A DNA stretch of 12,734 nucleotides. Origin: Oopsacas minuta (lineage: Eukaryota > Animalia > Porifera). Location: assembly GCA_024704765.1 (NCBI GenBank), contig JAKMXF010000152.1, forward strand, positions 1-12,734, read 5' to 3'. Every line of letters starts with the position of its first letter. The stretch's first letter is position 1. Below the pieces are notes generated by a model, which was not told the origin of the DNA, made no database searches, and saw only the letters and a program-made list of their open reading frames with translations. Positions 10,224 through 12,734 of the stretch are shown here, piece by piece. Made by a program: the position numbers and the translations under genes.

Positions 10224-10252
10224 GAAATGAGGCAAAGATAATTCTAACATTA

Positions 10253-11590
10253 TTGGATGTCCAGAAATTATTGGCCTATTCAATCTAAAATAAATTATGA
10301 AATATAAGACTTCAAAGTGTACGGTTACTTTCCTATATAATCTCCATTAAGTCGTAAACGTTTATTGATCCTTTCTGGGATGCCTGCTACAGTATTCTCT
10401 AGCCATTAGGGTTGGATATTTTCCATGCAATTTCGAGGTGATTTTTCAGTTGTTCAACGTTATTTGGTTGCTTCAAATCGTTAATGGATTGTTTCAATAT
10501 ACCTTATATATTCTCCATTGGGTTTTAATCTGGTGAGTTACCAGGCCACTCATCCTTAGTCCAAAAGCTTGAAAATTGATTTTTACACCATCCTTGTGCA
10601 ACTAGGAGCCTGTGAGCAGGAGCACCATCTTGCATGAAATGTGCCTCCGACCTTTTTAATACCAGTTTTTTAGAATAAACAGGCCCGTTTAATCTTCTTC
10701 TCTTGCGTGTGTTAAGGCATGTACCTTCTAAAATATTTGAAACATAGTATAACGTATTGACTGTTTGTTTTGGTGGAATAAAGTGCAAGTCTGATAATCC
10801 TCGATAGCTCATCATCCCCCAGACCATTATTTTGGGTGGATTCTTTATTGTCTCTCTAGGAAGAACATCCTGAATTCTGTGAGCCCAAATACGATCATTT
10901 GCGTGTTACTCGAAAGGAATAATTCATATAATGATTCATCTGACCACATAACTTCCTCTAATCATTGACTGTCCAAATTTCACTTTTTGACAGAATTTGA
11001 TCCTGTTTATCATCTGATTTTGAGTCAACTTGTGTTTTTGTGGCCTTTTAAATGCCATAACAGCTAATTGGTTCCGTAAATAATTGTGTACAGTGCTCTT
11101 TGAAATCTGGCACCCCTTTAACTTCAATTCATAGATAATCTCCAAGTTGAGTGATGTATTTTACCCAACGATTTCACGATCACCATTTTGGCCGCCATGT
11201 TCATTTTTTTAGGCCGCCCAGCACCTTTTCGATGTATGAGACTATAATTTTGTTTGAATCGAAACCACCAACGTCTGATGTTCGAATTCCCTTTCCAAAC
11301 CTACTTGCTGCTTCTTTATGGTTTGTACCCGCTTCTAACAGACCAGTTTCCCTATATCGGATGTCGGAATCCATCAACACAACCTCAAAATAACAGAAAT
11401 AAGGGTAAATCTCAAAGTTGCTACATACACACAAAAATGTAGACAGAAAAATTTCTTCATAGCCGCAAAAGATAGTATATGGGTAGATAAGAACATTAAC
11501 AGAATATTGTAGAAATACATTAATATTACTGTATCTAATTAGTTCGACAAATGTTGACAATGGATAGGCCAGTAATTATTGGTCACCCTG
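10253..11590 (-). mobile_element. Full-length DD37E Tc1-like element, decayed
   Basis: TA at 10251-10252 and at 11591-11592. 30-bp imperfect TIRs TTGGATGTCCAGAAATTATTGGCCTATTCA versus CAGGGTGACCAATAATTACTGGCCTATCCA (22/30). Confidence 0.9.
10325..11374 (-). pseudogene. DD37E transposase with frameshifts and stops
   Basis: MDSDIRYR.TGLLEAG (paired-like HTH), RKGAGRPKK, WSDES (D1), KIMVWG, FMQDGAPAH (D2), WPGNSPD*NPMENI* (E, 37 residues after D2), ending NGDYIGK*. Confidence 0.9.
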
Positions 11591-12363
11591 TACATGGCAA
11601 ACTTACCATGTCATTTGCTTAGCCATTTTGCTGACTGAAATTATAATACATAGAAGCCATATTTGTTTAAAAGAAGCCGTATATAATTATAACGCCAACA
11701 ACTTCCGTGGAAGTTGTTCGCGATTTGGCAATATCTTCCGATTGAAACATCTTCCATAACATAGACAGATCTTGTAATGAAGCAAAATATACATTTATTG
11801 GCTAAAAATTGTATTTCCCATAACGCGAGACGTTATGACAACATATTGAGTAAGTGAACACTGTCGAGTTAGACAAACTATTATTAGGTTCAAACCTAAC
11901 AATTTACGAGATTTTATGTTCGATAAATGCGAATTCACCCGGTTATCCAATTTTAGAATAGAAGATGCCGATTCTAGTTGTCATTATCCCGACAATATAT
12001 GCCATTGATTGAAGTAGTTAAAACTGACATTTTTAGATGAGATAAAACGATTTTGATAAATTGTTTTATAGGCCATAATGAAGTCTACATATATTATTTC
12101 CTTTTGGCATAGGACGTATTGGTCTCGAATTATTCATTATTTGTCAGTTCGAGTCAAGAGACCTACCAAACTGTAATTGCTTTAAAGATGAGTGTTTATA
12201 GAATGTTTGAGATCGACGACTTCTAGTAGATTAATCTTTTGTATTTATTTACAAGCACGTTATAATATATACATAGTTAAACAGTTGAAAGGACAAAAAT
12301 ATTCGACCACTTATAGTAATTAATACTAAGTATATCAACCTAAAATCTAATTACTCTGATGTA

Positions 12364-12734
12364 CAGGATGTCTCAAAAGTTTTTCCTCCTCAATACTTCG
12401 ATTGAAGTGGTTATAAATCGAACAGCATTGTTTACAAACCGACCATTTTTCAGATAATTATTAGTCTATCGTAGTCCAATGCTATATTGAATATTTCGTT
12501 TCCTTATTTGATAATCTGTTTATATCTTGTTTTCTTTTCCCAACCATGACAGAATTTCATTCATGGGTTGTCATGAAACCGAGATTTGCTATTCGTGAGC
12601 GAGCGATTGGCATGATTGAGTGGGTTCAACACAGAAAACAGTCGCCAATACTCTTGGAGTCACAATTCGGACAGTTCGGAACTGGTGTAAAAGGCATAGA
12701 GCTGGATATTTGCTTGATGACAATTGCTTGATGA
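12364..12734 (+). mobile_element. 5' end of a second Tc1-like element, truncated by the window edge
   Basis: TA (12362-12363) then CAGGATGTCTCAAAAG. From the ATG at 12573: MKPRFAIRERAIGMIE, frameshift, GSTQKTVANTLGVTIRTVRNWCKRHRAG, an HTH that aligns with the N-terminus of the 10325-11374 transposase. Confidence 0.8.

Noticed and set aside
10253-12400. Composite transposon formed by the left TIR at 10253 and the TIR at 12364 (shared GGATGTC)
   Set aside because: Both lie in the same orientation, so they cannot act as an inverted pair.
1-12734. RIP-like or targeted hypermutation, since many stops derive from TGG, CAA or CAG (691, about 3383, 4590, 5337, about 10510)
   Set aside because: Single transitions can only create stops from these codons or CGA, so the pattern is expected from neutral decay. 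The elements also carry many indels, and CpA/TpG dinucleotides remain common.

Overview
This is an AT-rich eukaryotic (probably invertebrate) transposon graveyard, not a prokaryotic locus. About two-thirds of the window is recognisable, decayed TE sequence, and no intact host gene is visible. In order: a hAT transposase pseudogene (1-1054); a single N (1055); the 3' half of a DD34D mariner (1056-1471); a Chapaev3-like (CMC) element with both termini (2466-5704, minus) split by a complete DD37D/maT element inserted at a TA (3086-4389); the 3' part of a Ty3/Gypsy retrotransposon (LTR, PPT, integrase, end of RNase H; 6242-8151, minus) cut by a hAT-like terminus (from 8152); a second N (8521); an unassigned stretch ending in a canonical-looking intron (10105-10223); a complete DD37E Tc1-like element (10253-11590, minus); and the 5' start of a related Tc1-like element (12364-end). 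The best-supported structures are the nested insertions, one of which can be reconstructed to the base. I see no evidence of a new functional system, CRISPR array or RNA gene. Family names rest on motif recognition from memory, without database searches.
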